DNA of 63,815 nt, counting the filler, from Kipferlia bialata (taxonomy: Eukaryota), in NCBI GenBank assembly GCA_003568945.1. It is 4 parts of 4 records of this genome, joined end to end, with 100 filler letters (N's around TTAATTAATTAA, not from the genome) between each part and the next. Parts side by side here need not be neighbours in the genome. Positions count along the whole stretch, not along the records: positions 50,274 to 63,815 come from BDIP01000597.1; 3 more parts are not named here. One strand, given 5' to 3'. The notes under the pieces are model-generated. The model did no database searches, was not told the origin of the DNA, and worked only from the letters and a program-made list of their open reading frames with translations. The position numbers and the translations under genes were made by a program. This document shows, one piece after another, positions 62,144-63,815 of this stretch (position 1 is the first letter of the stretch; the number at the start of each line of letters is the position of its first letter).

Positions 62144-63815
62144 TGCACTGCCCATGTCCCTGCCCGACCCACACTCTCGGGCATATCCTCTGACCTCCAC
62201 TGACCCTTGCCCCCAAGCACATCGGGTGTGTACCACAGGTGTCTGTGGTCTGCGAGGATATGCAGTGCATTGTGGGTAGAGGCCACGACGTACTGGTCCC
62301 TCTTCATGGCCTTCGTCCCGCTGAAGCAGTTGGTGTGCCGTATCTTGGCCCTCCCCACCCACTGCTCTGTCTCAGGTATATACTCTTTGACGCGGGTGGG
62401 TGTGTGCTGATCACCGACACACACTAGAAACAGGGCATCCCCAACTGTCACTAGGTGGGTACGCTTCAGACTGTCAAAGGGTATGTCCATACCATGGCCA
62501 CGCAGGATGCCAGGCTTGGGGAGCTCAGTCCAGGGGGGAGGCAGACAGACTGGACAGACACACACACGTCTTGGCCGATAGTGACGACTTACATATTCGT
62601 AGTCATAGTTATAGAATTCCTCATCAGAACACTTCGGAGCATCTTTGGCATCCGCGACCTTTTTCTGGTATTCAGGCAGCCTACCCATATCCAGTGAATG
62701 CACGACAAACTGGAACTCGTCTCTAGAGGCGGGGTCTGACCTGGAAGGGAAGGCGGGACTGAGAGAGGGAGAGAGAGAGGGGGGGGGATTACCTACTGCC
62801 CAGGAGGATGTAGAGGTGACCCCCCAGCCTGGCCACGCTCTTGTTCAACCTAACCCACCACTCAGGGAGAGCGATACTCGACGGTGCCTTGTCTATCTCC
62901 CGGTTATTCACGATATACAGCTGGGGTCAGAGAGCCAAGCCGATACTTCACTGCTGATCTGGTCTCTTGGATACCTCTGCCTTGTCGGCCCACAGGCTGT
63001 CCCCTAGTCCTATGGAGGAGAGGGGTGTGGCATCTATCAGGGCAGGGTGGGGTCGGGGGAGAGAGGTGACACGGAGGAAGGGAGCCCTGTCTGGGGTCAG
63101 AGAGAGAGAGAGAGAGAGAGAGAGATACTGGGAGAGAGTCAGTGACGCTGGAACAAGCAGAGAGACCCAGAGGGGGAGGGATAAAGGGAAGGGGGGGGGG
63201 GGGGTAGGAGGGGTAAGAGAAAGTGTCACTGCTAGTCCAGAGGGATGTTGCGCCATTTCCAAGATACAGACATAGTCTCTTGCGTCACCACATCAGTTCA
63301 TCTGGGGGCTAACTAGAGGGATCCAACCCGTACCTGTACTACCCATGGGACACAAGGGGTTGTGGGTGAAGCATATATGCTTGGCCTTGTTCCTTATAGA
63401 GTGCTTGAAGCCTAGGAGGTGGAAGCCTTTGGAACTGGAAAACCTAGAGGGTAAGTGATGGGAGACAGATATAGAGAGAAAAAGGGAAGAGTCCAATACA
63501 ACCACACATCCATACATATTAGCAGAATGTGTTGACGCGAAAGAGACCAAAGAGCACTGCTCGAGAGGTAGATACGCAGACACCAGGAGCGGTGGGCAGA
63601 ATAGACCACCACACAGAGGAAAGACACACCCAGCATGTATTCTAATCTACATACATATAGTGCTGTGCGTGTATCATAGTGTCACTGTGTCATGGGGGGT
63701 TACAAACAAGGATAGACGTAGAGAGAGAGAGAGAACTCTGTGGGAAACGGAAATGTGCATGGGAGGGGGAGAGGGGGTGGGGGGGGGGGGGGGGGGGGGG
63801 GAAGGGGGAGGAAGA

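Larger units (their letters stand above)
60972..63262 (-). pseudogene. Kelch-like gene disrupted by the 61497-62143 insertion (5' end uncertain)
   Basis: Exons ...VARLGGHLYILLG, ...VTVGDALFLV...YIPETEQW...AGTWAV. After the insert it continues (V)HGR|YIVVPDG...YRLYDTVEN|SWT...LVELEFNP..* (61404-61330, 61179-60972). Confidence 0.75.

Noticed and set aside
1..63815. tRNA, rRNA or snRNA genes
   Set aside because: None recognisable by eye. Divergent small RNAs cannot be excluded without tRNAscan-SE or Infernal.

Overview
Eukaryotic, extremely intron-dense and microsatellite-rich DNA ((TA)n/(GA)n introns, poly-C/G tracts, GT-AG introns, many divergent kelch-like genes). The style resembles the fornicate Kipferlia bialata; that assignment is inference. 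The window is four unrelated scaffolds joined by artificial N44-TTAATTAATTAA-N44 spacers (16670-16769, 33425-33524, 50174-50273). Ordinary genes include an RNI-type LRR protein, a CCCH zinc finger, a ThiF/UBA4-like fragment, a TLDc protein, a full ABCA transporter, a HEAT/ARM-like protein, a VPS13/Chorein_N fragment, an FKBP and a polyprenol-kinase-like membrane protein. Three things stand out. (1) An intron-poor ~8 kb island present in only one unit of a tandem duplication. It encodes a ~1923-aa kelch + NUDIX-like + PARP-type ART + DEAH helicase + class II nucleotidyltransferase fusion, next to a tandem-Ubl(LRGG)-Cys-rich-RING gene; this is a candidate RNA-sensing or antiviral module. (2) A 647-bp insert encoding a 5'-truncated intein-type LAGLIDADG endonuclease, flanked by a 6-bp TGCACT duplication, that splits a kelch gene. 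(3) Pervasive 'stuttered' copies of exon ends with their splice sites inside introns, plus nested micro-palindromes. All gene models were read by eye and no searches were run.
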